Shown here: positions 1 to 11,635 of the stretch, piece by piece
Layout of the letters: each line of letters begins with the position of its first letter
How positions within the stretch are numbered: the stretch's first letter is position 1
NCBI GenBank assembly: GCA_050084515.1
Contig: CM114271.1
Coordinates: 29,574,001 to 29,638,000 of the forward strand
Length of the DNA: 64,000 nucleotides
Direction of reading: 5' to 3'
Origin: Blasia pusilla
Taxonomy: Eukaryota
Notes under the pieces: generated by a model
What the model was told of the DNA's origin: nothing
What the model saw: the letters and a program-made list of their open reading frames with translations, nothing else
Database searches by the model: none
Made by a program: the position numbers and the translations under genes

Positions 1-3000
1 GACGCGTAGTGATGTAAGACTTATATATCGGTGTCATTTTCAAACGATGTAGTGGGTTTACAGTGGTGCCTTTTTCCCTCTCTCAAATCACCAGCAGTGC
101 GTATACAAATACTACACATAACAACCACATGTATGTATACTCCAACAGGAGATGTCACTAGTCTTCTTATTGCGAAAACGAGCAGATGGGAACACGGGTA
201 GCTCAATGAAACCAAATTGGCTGCATTGTCCCACTAGAAGCACACCCTATTCTCAACAGGAGACATTTACATTGCCCTACGGGTTAAAAGATAACGAGCT
301 GGACCGGCATTATTGAGCTGAATTTTTCAAAGAGTAGAATGCTATACCTACTGCGTCGTTGGACATTCCAACAGTAACCGCAAGGACAGCCAAGCAGATT
401 AACCACTTGATGTGTGCATTCTTGATTGTTCCTCTGGGTCGATAGCCACCGCAAAACTTCGTCGACTGCCTCATACGCTTCATTGCGTCTGTGATGATGT
501 CCAGAGTGTTGCAGTCAATCGTTTTCTGATTTGTGGTCGGAGTAACATCCATGTCGCTTAGTCCCAAGTGATTGGTACAGATTGGGAAGGCGTTGTAGTA
601 ATGTTGGACTTCTCCCTTGCGAAGACTATTTTTCCGGGATTGTCTTGAACACAATCTCTTGGGGGCCTTCCTCTTGGAGTTGCCGATACCCATGTCTAAT
701 ACTCATGCAAACTTTTTTACATTAACTGCCCCGCACAAACAGTCAAATACAACCTATGTGAGGTTAAATTTCCGGGGATGAATCAAGGAAAGAATCGCTC
801 AGGGATGTCTGGAGCGGTTTGAGGAAGAGAGAATGCTGAAATTGGGGGACTTGTGTTATTTTATACAACATATTTTCCAACATTGCCCAGGTCCATAAAC
901 AGTTACAGCAGATCTGCATTGTCGTAGTCTTTCGGTGAAGCGTCAAAGCTTAAGCGTTGCTTGTGCAATTACAACGGAGAATTAAATCAAGTTTGTTCTG
1001 GTTCCCCGTCGATATGGATCGCAACACTGCTTTGTCGTAAGTCCCAACTTACGCCTCGCTGAAGCATGACGTTGTTGCTTGCTTTGGTTACTTGTCCCAC
1101 CTGGCATTGACACGCAAATTAGAAACTTTTCACGTAGCTCTGCAGTACAAAAATTGCTCAGTTTAGAATAAACATTCAATAGAATTTCGTTCAACCGTTA
1201 AGTACACCTAGAGAAACATAAATGGAATATTCCCTGCCCATTTTTCCCTCACGAGAGAATTCACTGATAACTGAGTTGGCCTACACATGAGCAGGCATGC
1301 GAAAGTGTTACTCTTGAACTAGTCGGTATTTGCCAACACCAATACGAAGGTAGAGGTAATGCACGTCTCGATTCTTGGTTTGCTTAGTCCCAAGTGATTG
1401 GTACAGATTGGGAAGGCGTTGTAGTAATGTTCGTATCCTTACAGTGTTCGCACATCAAAACGGATTTCAGTTTAATTCTCCATAGCACAACTAGAACCAC
1501 GAGATGTAGTGGAGCGACAGCAAGACAGCCACTTCCAATCACATGGATGGGAATTGTGAATCACTTCATACTCCGCATCTATACACTCAGAGGTTCTATC
1601 TAACCCAACACAGCTAGCGGAAGTTCATGATCACCGAGAGAAATTAGCCCCGTGAAGAATTATCGAAGGTAAGGAAGAGCTACTCACAGATGCAACCCAT
1701 CGGAGCCCGACGGGTTGTGCGTCTTGCATGAATTCCTCTTCGTCCTTCATACTGTTCATGGACAGGCGTAGTTCTGTTTATCAGCGCCTTTCCGAAAAAT
1801 TGTTCAGACATGTCTCGATGTCATAGCTTCAAATAGATAAGACTAGACGACTGCTCCCAAGAGAGTTCTCATGAGCTGCTGCTCAACCCTTCTTTCTCTC
1901 TTGGCCTCATTTGCACTAGAGCACGAACGTGCATGCTGACCTACCCAGTGCATTCTCGATGAAGAGAACGTACTTAGCAAACCCGGGCCCAGATTAAAAT
2001 CTTGTAGCATTTCTTTCTCAAGGGTCTCATCCGCAGGGTGTTTGGTAAAATGATCCATTGTAGGTCCATCTTAACGCACGGAGCGTAATCCAAGGCTACC
2101 AGGAAGTTTAGTTCATGGGCCACCAACGTTCAGGTCCTTCTCCTTCGACTATTTGCGGATGTAAAGTGACCCTAGAGGACATGACGGGAAGATATCCGTT
2201 CAGATTTCCATCAATCTCTGAAACTCTGAAACCGTATACCATGAAACATTATACCATATTCAGCTCAGCTGGTCGACTTGGAAAATCGTTGCTGTCAAGA
2301 AAGAGCAAGATGTGACAAAGGCTCAGGTTATCCAGTCATCGTACGCGATGCTGGACCGGAGCCTACGGACACGGGTGTGGGAGGGGTGCTTCTTATGAAC
2401 ATTTCCCCTACGTTGAGAGATGTTTTTAGGACCGCTGAGAACATTGAGCGAAACATGACGGAGGAAAGCGTAGCCACCATGGGTTCTGGGCGAGAGCAGT
2501 CACGATTGTGTGCACCACCACTACAGCAACGTGGACTCCGAGATAGGTCGACTGTGGCACCACGAGCTTAGGGAGGATACCAAGAGGCCATGCCACACAG
2601 ACCTGTGCCTTCATATGCGGCTCAGCAGCAGCCGCATACGATTACTTGTTGGTCATGTGGTGGAGCCCATCATCAGCGTGATTGCACTCGTCAAGGTCAT
2701 GGACGTGTGCCTCAGCCGATGTGGAGATTTATCCATTCCGAATACAGACATCCTTGGGTGGAGCAAGTACCACACAGTGTATCATCCAACAGGAAGTCGT
2801 GGTGAGGACTCGTGAAGGACATCCTACAGATGAGTCCATGGTGCAAGCCAAGGCGATAGTGACTGATGCAGAATCCTACGACGTCTTGGTTGGTGGAGTA
2901 GTGTTATACCCAATGGGTTTTTCTGTGGATTACTGGGAGGAGTCAGCATCCTACAGACCAAGATGGCAGTTAAGTGATGGGCATCTTAGCTCATTATCGG

Positions 3001-3354
3001 GTCGAATCACAGGTGCAGTGATCGAGCGACGGCCAGGAGAGATGGCGACCTTAGCAGCATTTAGCAGTGCCAGCATTTGGCCTAGTGATTTGATTGAGGG
3101 ACATGTAGAGGATACTCCCATTCATAACATTTCTATGCAAAGGAGTGTCATGGTAGCCGCATCAGTCCGTGGAAGAGAGGTGCCGCTTTGGGGCTCAACT
3201 GAGGAGCTTCGACGCTTAGCCACTGAGCATGTACAGACTGCGTGGAGCAAGACGTTTGCACCAGAGTATCACGAGTCAGAGGAACCCCAAGTAGGTAGGA
3301 GTGATGCTATGGCCCCTTTGGACACCACCCCAATTGTGTGGTGCATCCCAGAGA

Positions 3355-3945
3355 AGGGTATTCGGGTGTTGGATCTCTTTGGAGGGATCAACACTGGGTT
3401 CGCTGCTATTTTGTAGGCTAGAGTGGGCGTGCAATAGTTCCTATATGTGGAGATTGATGACATTGCGAGGCGCGCTTCACTTCACCATATAGCGCAGTTA
3501 CGCCTCCATTTCCTCCACTTGTTGTATGCGTTCACCATTCAGGGTTACCAGAGATCCCTGCCGAGGGACATTTCATTGTTGGGGCCGTAGGACTTGGAGC
3601 GGGTAGGGAAAATAGACTTGGTCATTACTGGTTGGCCATGTCAGGGCCAATCGAGTGCTGGACAGGGTAGCGGATTAGCTGACTCTCGGTCCAGGTTGTT
3701 TTGGGAGATGATGCGGATCTTGCAGCACTTGCAGAAGTATCAATCTCGTCCTCCAGCATACATTCTCGAGAATGTACCGATTTTGGGCGATTCGAGGTCC
3801 CGTGTGGTGACAAGTGCACATCAAGTGCGCGCATGGATCGGCCCGGCAGTTTTGTTGGATGCGACGAGTGTGGGTTCACGAGCACATCGCCCGTGTCTTT
3901 GGTGGACCAAATTGGTACCACACGAGATGTTGCGGAGGGCACATG
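3355..3945 (+). pseudogene. Cytosine-5 DNA methyltransferase domain (motifs I-VIII) inside pol, copy 1
   Basis: IRVLDLFGGINTG (motif I), IDLVITGWPCQGQSSAG (motif IV, catalytic PC intact), YILENV (VI), RAHRPCLWW (VIII). In-frame TAG stops, then a deletion joins it to the RT at ~3948. Confidence 0.9.
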
Positions 3946-5953
3946 AAGTCTGATAGGTATGCCATGCCCACCCTTGAGGAGATCTTTGATGAGATTGGGC
4001 ATGCAAAGGTCTTCAGTTCATTGGATTTTCGAGCCATCTCCAACTGGCTATCAGATTGGAGGACAGGCAGAAGACGACATTTTGGGGCATCTATCCTCAG
4101 GGGAAGGATTTTTTGTAACAGCAGCCGTTCTTACCTTTTGGGTTAAAGAATGCCCCGGCTAAGTTTTAGAGGGTCATGGATAGGATCTTGGAAAGTCTGG
4201 AGTTTGCTAGGTGTTATATTGATGACATCGTAGTCTTTAGCGCCACGGTTGAGGAGCATGAGCGACATCTAGAAGAGGTGTTTCGACGATTGCTGTTACA
4301 TCGCCTGAAGCTACATCCAGCCAAGTGCAAGTGCAAGTTCTTCTACAATCAGATTGAGTACTTGGGTCATACGATATACCCTTGGTGTGCAATAGACGAA
4401 GGTAGAGGCTATTTCATACATTCCACGCCCTACAGATGTGAGTCGAGTTCGTGCATTCATGGGATTGGTGAACTTCTATCGACGGTACGTCAAGGGTTTC
4501 AGTTCGATTGCAAAGCCGCTAACCTTGTTGACCAATGTAGATCAGGAGTGGCACTGGGGGGATGAGCAGGAGAGAGCATTTCAGATGCTCAAGGACAGAT
4601 TGACGTCCGCGCCCATATTGAGGAGACCGATTAGGGGGCGTCCTTTCCAGTTGCATACCGATTGGACCATGCTGGGGCTTGGAGCTGTGCTCACCCAGCA
4701 TGACGATGATGGTAGAGAGTTTGTGGTGGCTTACACTAGTCGCTCGAACAACGCTGTAGAGGCAAAGTATAGCTCATATGAGGGTGAGAGCTTGGTTGGA
4801 GTGTGGATTGTCGCACATTTTAGATGTCATCTATTTGGCAATCCCTTTACCATCATTAATGATCATCAGCCACTTAAGTAGTTGATGGAGTCCGACAAGC
4901 TTATAGGGAAGCTTGCGAGATGGGCTCTTTTGTTGCAGGAGTATGACTTCTAGATGGTGCATAGACCTAGGATGCTCAACCAGGATGCATATTGTTTGAG
5001 CCGTAATCCATGCCCGAGTCAGCGAGATGCGACTAGAGCTCGTTGGCATGTTGAGAGTGATGAGGAGTTGGTACCAGGATGGCATGTGTCAGCCTATTTG
5101 GGCTTGTTGGCTATGAAGAGCTAGATTTTTGAGACTTCGATGGCAAGGTCTGATAGAGAGTCCTTAGATCTAGAGGCCCGTAAGAAGACAACAGGTGGCC
5201 AAGACATTCTCGTGGGAGGGCACACATGTGCTACGAGTGTGGGAGGATAGTAGAGTGCATGTAGTGCCTCATCCTTAGTAGAGAGTACGTTTGGTGTGTC
5301 ATGCCCACGAGGAGTTGGGTCAATGTGGAGTGAAATGGACGTAGAGCTTGCTCCAGATTCAGTATTGGTGGCGAGGCATGCAGACTGACGTTTAACAGTT
5401 TGTTGCCAGATGCGTGGTGTATGATTGAGTTTGAGCATCGTTCAATGCTTTGAATCCATAGTTGCATCCACTTTCGATCATGGGTTTAGGTTATAGGTGG
5501 AGTTTGGATTTTGCACGACCTTTGCCTTTGACGGAGCGCCATAGTCGTTATGTGTTGGTGATGGTCAAGCACTTCTCTAAGTTGACGATACAGTTGATCT
5601 GAGCTTAGCAATAGTTCTTGCAGGCTTGCGGTGTATGTTATGTGGTTCTGCTCGTGGTGCAGCCACTATGCTAGTCTATGATGGGTGTTCGAGAGGATGG
5701 CATATGGCATGTTTGACGCCACTTCTCACTAGGGTTCCTCAGAGACAATAGATGTGTCCCACATGTACATAGAGTAGGTAGTTCTACACTCCGACTTGTG
5801 TCTGTGACATGGATGACAAGAAGGCGAATAACGATCGGACCACATGAGCACACGGCCTTCTTGCTCTTAGCGTTCGAGAGATGTATGTAATGTTAGGTAG
5901 GGATAGATGACTATCTGCAGTTAGAGGGATCTAACCATCTTCTAGGGGGGCGA

Positions 5954-6707
5954 TTGGAGATATTTAGGTACTTCTTGTCTCGTTGTTTGGATGCCATGGG
6001 TTAGCATGGGATCGTGCGTGTTTGTGTCTGTTCGGTGACAACGATGTATGTTGTGTAGCAATGTGTATGCGCACGACAACTGTCACGTCTTTTAGGATAG
6101 ATCGGTAAGATCTAGTACAGCACCTTCGTGAGTAGTAGAGGATAGGCTCAGTAGGTTGAGGATGACTCGCTAAGGCCCCGGGAAACGTGAGAGAGCAGGT
6201 TTCCCCTTCGTTTCGGCTCATTTGGAGCCATATTGAGGAACTTACTATTTTAGGTAAGTACCATTTTGAGTATAAGATCAACTTTATATTTTTTGTAAGT
6301 GGCCTTTTACCTCCTACATCAGATCAAGAGCCAAGGAGGTGACTTGGGAGCATAGGTTACCATGGAGTGAGCTTGGAAGAGGGAAGGGGTATACCTCAAG
6401 GAGAGAGAGCTTGAGAGCTCATTCTCTTGGCATGAGGCGGCGGAACTATGGTGTTGCTTGCCTTGTGTGTGTAGCCCAAGCCTCTCATTAGGAGAGTGGG
6501 TTTGGTTTGACATTGAGAGAGACATGTGAGAATGCACACATTTGAGAGCCATGGTATTTAGAGAGATTTCATCTTATTTCTTGGAGATATTTTGGTACTT
6601 CTTGTCTCGTTGTTTGGATGCCATGAGTTAGCATGGGATCGTGAGTGTTTGTGTGTGTGTTCGGTGACAACGATGTATATTGTGTAGCAATGTGTATGCG
6701 CACGATA
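5954..6707 (+). repeat. 3' split direct repeat B1(5954-6078)-AC-A2(6081-6580)-B2(6581-6707) of copy 1
   Basis: The ~125-bp unit ttggagatatt...gcgcacgaca occurs twice, flanking a ~500-bp unit starting tgtcacg. Preceded by purine tract tagggggg. Same layout as 50867-51630. Confidence 0.9.
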
Positions 6708-9290
6708 TGTGCCACGGAGACAGCAAGGGCCAGCCGCATAGGGCAGCGAGCCTAGATCAGAAGAAGAAGAAGAAGAAGGCGAGACGGGAAGGAGCTATGG
6801 TGGGCCTCTTGTATAGGGCGTTGTGCATTGGCGGGCGTGGAGGGTAGTCGCGTCAACATGGTGAGTAGAGTTGGACGTAGTACGAAGGCAATAGGACGGT
6901 GGACGTAGTAATGGGTAACGAGATAGAGTCGACCTACGGGGTAGAGCGGGTATGACACGGTAGAACCGGACGTGGTGGAAGGTCGACGTGGTGACGAGGC
7001 TACCAAGTGGGAGTCAACCGAGGTTGGGAGGCAGATGTGGTGGAGCTGCTTACGTAGGTAGAAGAATTGACTCGGTAGTCCCAAGGTGATTGGAGTCGAG
7101 ATGATTTGTGACGGAGTGTTAGTGATGGGGACGCACGTGTGGATGTTGATGGGTAGTGTGCATCCATTGACGAGAGGTTTGACATGCTGTTTGAGGAGAG
7201 TGTCGGGCTGCGGAGGTTGTCATATCACATGGAGGAGTGAGTGTTGATGGTACCGTAGGTTGGAGGACGTGATCAGGTTATCCATTCGAGTCCCTTTTCC
7301 CGCACTTATCTTGTGTGATTGAGAGTGCTGGGTATCGGATAGTTGCTCGTGGTAGATGGGTGTAGCGATAATGACGAGTGTAGACTCCTTTCATGTATAG
7401 CATGATGGTGGATATACGGCGGTTGTCGAGTAGGGGTTGCGTGTATGATCTGAAAGTGTTAGTACTTTAGATGAGTTAGGCTCATGGTGAGCCCGAGTGT
7501 TGAGTGTGCATGAGGCGGGTGGGTCATCACAGGATTACTATTAGCGTAGGTGAGCTAGTGAGGAGTGTGGGAGACTCTTGGTGAGTCTGAGTGCTTGAGC
7601 GGGTGAGACAGGGTTGTCATCACGACGTTCTTTCAGGGTTTGGAAGAACAGGGTAGTACGAGCAGTGGTAGTGGTCTGACACAGAGTGGCGTGAGGTATC
7701 GAGAGGTTTCGAGTGAGGAACCACCCCGACTCCCATCCGTTGTTGGATCGTCATCACTAGACACTGGGTCTAGTGACGAGATTGGGTACGGGGACGGTGA
7801 TACTTGGGGAGAGATGGACGACATGGGCCACCGGGGCATGCGTCGTATCTTGGGTGCAGTAGGCACCATAGATCTAGATGATTTCATTCAGGAGTTCGAC
7901 ACATGGTGCGACTTCTAGGAGATATGGACCCCTACGCGGTTCAACCCTTTTATGGCATGGAAGGGGTTGTTCCAACACTAGGAGGGTCCGCCGATGGATG
8001 ACTACATGGAATTCCGATCTCTATACTCTGTAGAGATCGATGCCTGGAGAGTGTATTGGGCTCCATGGTATGTGTCCATTAGTGGCCGCGAGGCATATGA
8101 TGGGATAGTGAGAGCAGAGATACCTTCACCATCAGCCCATGGACTAGATGGAGAGGATGGTAGTGAGAGTGGTAAGGTGGCAGAGACCTCTCGTGGTAGA
8201 GGACCACCGAACTTCAGTCCTACAGTGGAGTTCTTCCGACAGTTGGGGAGGAGCTACTAGGGCGTGCGGACCAACAAGTTGAAGAGTCTACAGGATTTTT
8301 AGCGGAGATCGGGTGAGAGTCTAAGGGAGGCGGTCACGCGCATGCGACGGTTGATCGTCGCCACAGATGGGGTGACTGAGGTGCAATCAGTGCAGTATTG
8401 GTACAGGGTGTTGGAGGAGAGTTCGGGATGCGATGTTGCTTCACAGGGCGAATCCCACATTGAAGGTGGTCTTCGAGTTGTCTAAGCGAGTAGAGCTCAA
8501 CATAAGTGAGGAGTAGGAGGTCACAACAGGATTTTCATAAGATTCGAGGGGTCGACGAGTAAGAGTAGACCCATAGGTGTCCCAACATGCACCAGTACCA
8601 CAGGAGCGGGTCGATGGGCCTAGAGAGCAGGGCGAGTATCGTGAGCCGATGAGGCAACGACCCGTACCAACATATGTTTCCTTATAGGGACAAGGGTTGG
8701 CTTGTTGGATGTGTGGTGGGCTACATAGATAGAGGGACTGCCCATAACATGGGAGAGGGCCACGGGCACCTCTGATTGCTCAGAAGTCATAGAGGATGGC
8801 CCCACCATAGTTGTAATGTGATCATTGTCACCGATATGGTCACACTAGGGATAGGTGTTATGATATTCGCCGGGAGGTACGTCTAGAGTTAGGTAGAGGA
8901 CTTAGGGGCGAGAGAGTTGGTGGAGATTGAGTGGTGGATGATCGTGGTGGTAGAATGCCATCACCAATCAAAAGATGGAGGATGGGCACCCGATGCAGCG
9001 CTCCTTACGTGGATCAATCAATTTGAGCAAAGTATTGCTGCTATGACAATCATGCATGTGCAGGTAGGTGTAGAGCTGAGAGTAGCTAGTGTGGCGCCAA
9101 CCTCCGCACCTTACCACGACATTGGTGAAGATTTTACGGGGATGGGATTTATGTGTAGTGCGGCTCAGGTTGAGGCTGCTGTGGTGGTAACTCGGGGTAC
9201 TGCAAGAGTAACCGATCCATTGAGAGGTGGGGTTGAGATTGACCCACAAAAAGGGACCGATGGGCAGCAGGCCAGGGTTCCCCACTCATT
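6708..9290 (+). mobile_element. Decayed 5' region and gag of a diverged relative of the same Gypsy-like family
   Basis: RRILGAVGTIDLDDFIQEFDTWCD...EGPPMDDYMEF...NFSPTVEFF matches the gag at 44370-44920 (...EGAPMDDYHEF...RFNPEVEFF). Zinc-knuckle remnants near 8700-8860. Numerous stops. Confidence 0.8.
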
Positions 9291-10756
9291 CTCATACGTC
9301 TTGACCAGGAAGTCGCCGACAGCGATGAGAACTAGAAAAGCAAACCTTGAAGAGAAGAAATAGAATTTAGAAGCGAGAAAATTATTCAGTTGCCATGAAG
9401 AGAAGACCAAATGACAACTCCTTTCATATAAGATTTCATGAGGTCTTCTCATCTGTTCCAGCTAACGGAAAAAGTTGCTGTGGCAGTATCATGCGACCCA
9501 CATAAGAGCTCCATCCACCCTTGAAATCTATGAGGTTCACCAAGCCATCCTCAGCACTCTCCACGACCTTCTTTCATATGAGGACGATCTATTAGCATCT
9601 CGGATATCCTCATCGAGCAGCCCATCGTACGATTTTAATCATTGCGTTGTGCTATTCTACAGAGAAAGGCCAAACTGATATCGGCGGAGCAACTGTGAGT
9701 CAACACTCGATAGAACGAAGAGGAGTCATGGGACTTTCCTGGAGAGCAAATCCAGCGGCAGCTACTTTTGGTTCTGGCAAGTGTAGTGTATCACAAGCTT
9801 TCTGACGATACTATCCTGGGCTCCTCAAAATCCTTTTCGCGCTTTCGTTCACCAAGAGCTCCCATCGCTTTTAAAACGAAAGTCGTGGGAAAGAGCGAAG
9901 AAGGCTCCTAACATCCCAGCAGAGGCAGTATTCCAAGATGGCAAGCTGATGGAGAGTGTAAACGTTGGTAGGGCAGGAAGGCGGAGGCGAGTCAAACTCT
10001 GATCTCCAATGCTGGGATTGGCCTTAGGTGTTCTCCTTTCTAACGAAAATCCAGCCCTAGTACTAGCATACAAATAATCCACGCCTGCATCAAGATCCAC
10101 CGGCATATCTTCTTATCTGATTGAATTCGAAATCGGTAAGAAATAAAATCATAGACGCTATCAACGCATCAAATAGGGCTAGTATACAGTATCATGTGGC
10201 TCGCATATGGTTGAGATTGCAATCACAATACGATTTTCGTAAGAGGTGTAGAGTACTTGCTAACCCAAACGTCTTTAAATCGGTTCCTGGTTTCTGCACA
10301 CCCTGCGTTGTATCTCTACCTGGTGAGCATCGATAGTCAAAAACAAGTGTTCTTAGACTTACTCCGTAACTTCAGAATCAAAATATGGATGTAACCATCA
10401 AGTGGCTCATAGATCAAAGGGCCGCCATTGACAGCATGTGCACATTCCTATGTGTTTCAACATTGACCGGTTTTCAATTAGTGTCATGACAACTGACGAA
10501 CTTTCCTTTTCGGAACAAACAGAGTTTACCAAGAAAGGCCACCGGACGTGCATCTGAATTTGGATCTTTGCTCTGACTCAAAGAAAGAGTACCAGTCAAG
10601 CGAATGAAGAAAACCTAGGTGTAAAATAAACTAAATGCGACGACCACCACAGAACCACACGCAGCTCTTACATACTGGAGCAGCTCTTGTCTACGCCTAA
10701 AGAAAAGATTACGGAGAGACGGCACCGAATGGTCAAGGTTCGTCAGATTTCACTCA

Positions 10757-11128
10757 CTAATGGGCATGGGAATCAGGGGCCAAAACGTATCTGAGTCCAC
10801 AGTACTTGCACGTCGCCGGTTCTCCTAAATCCAAATTAATGTACTCGATAGGATGTCCCAGAGATGGATCTCCTCCTCCTTCGCATGCTACAACTCGAAA
10901 ATGAGCCTCGATGGGCGGTATCTCCGCAATCAGCTCCATCGGAGACTTCTTGTCCGAGTTCGTCATCCATTTCGCGGTGTGCTCACTATCAATTGGCAAA
11001 CTCAAAGTTGATAGCCTCCCCACATTTGACAACTGATACCCCCTCCTTGCCACCGCAGGAGCAGTACGGTCAGCACGCCCTAAACTCAACCGCATCAGCG
11101 ATAAGACCAGCCGCCAACTACGAGCCAT
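10757..11128 (-). CDS. NDUFS6: NADH dehydrogenase (complex I) iron-sulfur protein 6 / 13-kDa subunit, mitochondrial (zf-CHCC); intronless, 123 aa
   Basis: C-terminal KSPMELIAEIPPI...VVACEGGGDPSLGHPIEYINLDLGEPATCKYCGLRY is the NDUFS6 zinc finger. ATG at 11128 opens an Arg/Ser/Leu-rich presequence-like N-terminus (MARSWRLVLSLMRLS). Confidence 0.92.
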   Translation of the reverse strand: MARSWRLVLSLMRLSLGRADRTAPAVARRGYQLSNVGRLSTLSLPIDSEHTAKWMTNSDKKSPMELIAEIPPIEAHFRVVACEGGGDPSLGHPIEYINLDLGEPATCKYCGLRYVLAPDSHAH

Positions 11129-11635
11129 CTGCCCTTGCAATTGATCGCTCAAACTTCCCCCGATTCCCAAATCGGCAGAACTCTCCGTGCTCCTGGATTT
11201 GTCAAACACTTGGGAGACCGCAGGAGGAAAAGGAACGCTGCTACTCGCAGACACGAGGAACCGCACTACAATCTGGAAGTCAAGCAGCGGCCAAAGGTGT
11301 TCCCGTTCACCGGGGAAACGCAGAGAGATCCGGAGGACCTCTCGACGATCGACGGCCATAAATGCTGCACGTGTCAGAACACGTGGCACCACAGCAGGGA
11401 CGTTGTGAGAGGATGGTGGGCGAAAACTTTTTGGGAGTTTAAGTACCGTATTCTACCATAGAAGAGATCCAGTGAAGTGAACCTCCCAAGGACAACGCGA
11501 GTACCTTACTTCAGATTCGTGAACCTGCTCGCGATGCCCCATTGGGCGTGAAGGCGAATCGTGAAGGGAGCGCATTGGCACAGCCTTCACCTCAGTGAAT
11601 ACTTTGGCTCACTGCGGTGGAGTCCTAACTCGCAC

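Larger units (their letters stand above)
2313..6707 (+). mobile_element. 5'-truncated, internally deleted Ty3/Gypsy-like retrotransposon with C5 DNA methyltransferase and PHD finger (copy 1)
   Basis: Gag CCHC knuckle CWSCGGAHHQRDC (~2647); retropepsin C-terminal half ...ESYDVLVGG...; MTase motifs VLDLFGGI, DLVITGWPCQG, ILENV, RAHR; RT CYIDDIVVFS; RNase H FQLHTDW; integrase remnant; PHD remnant (~5630-5768); 3' B-A-B repeats. Colinear with 44910-51630. Many stops, frameshifts and deletions. Confidence 0.93.

Noticed and set aside
3355-3945. Bacterial restriction-modification system or contamination as the source of the MTase
   Set aside because: The domain is embedded in retrotransposon pol in two copies among intron-containing plant genes, with no endonuclease partner or operon structure.
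9849-10106. 85-aa ORF MPVDLDAGVDYLY... as a gene
   Set aside because: No recognisable domain or splice support.
10757-11392. 211-aa version of the NDUFS6 ORF
   Set aside because: The upstream 88 codons have no recognisable similarity and the listed start is GTG. The ATG at 11128 gives a normal-sized protein with a presequence-like start.
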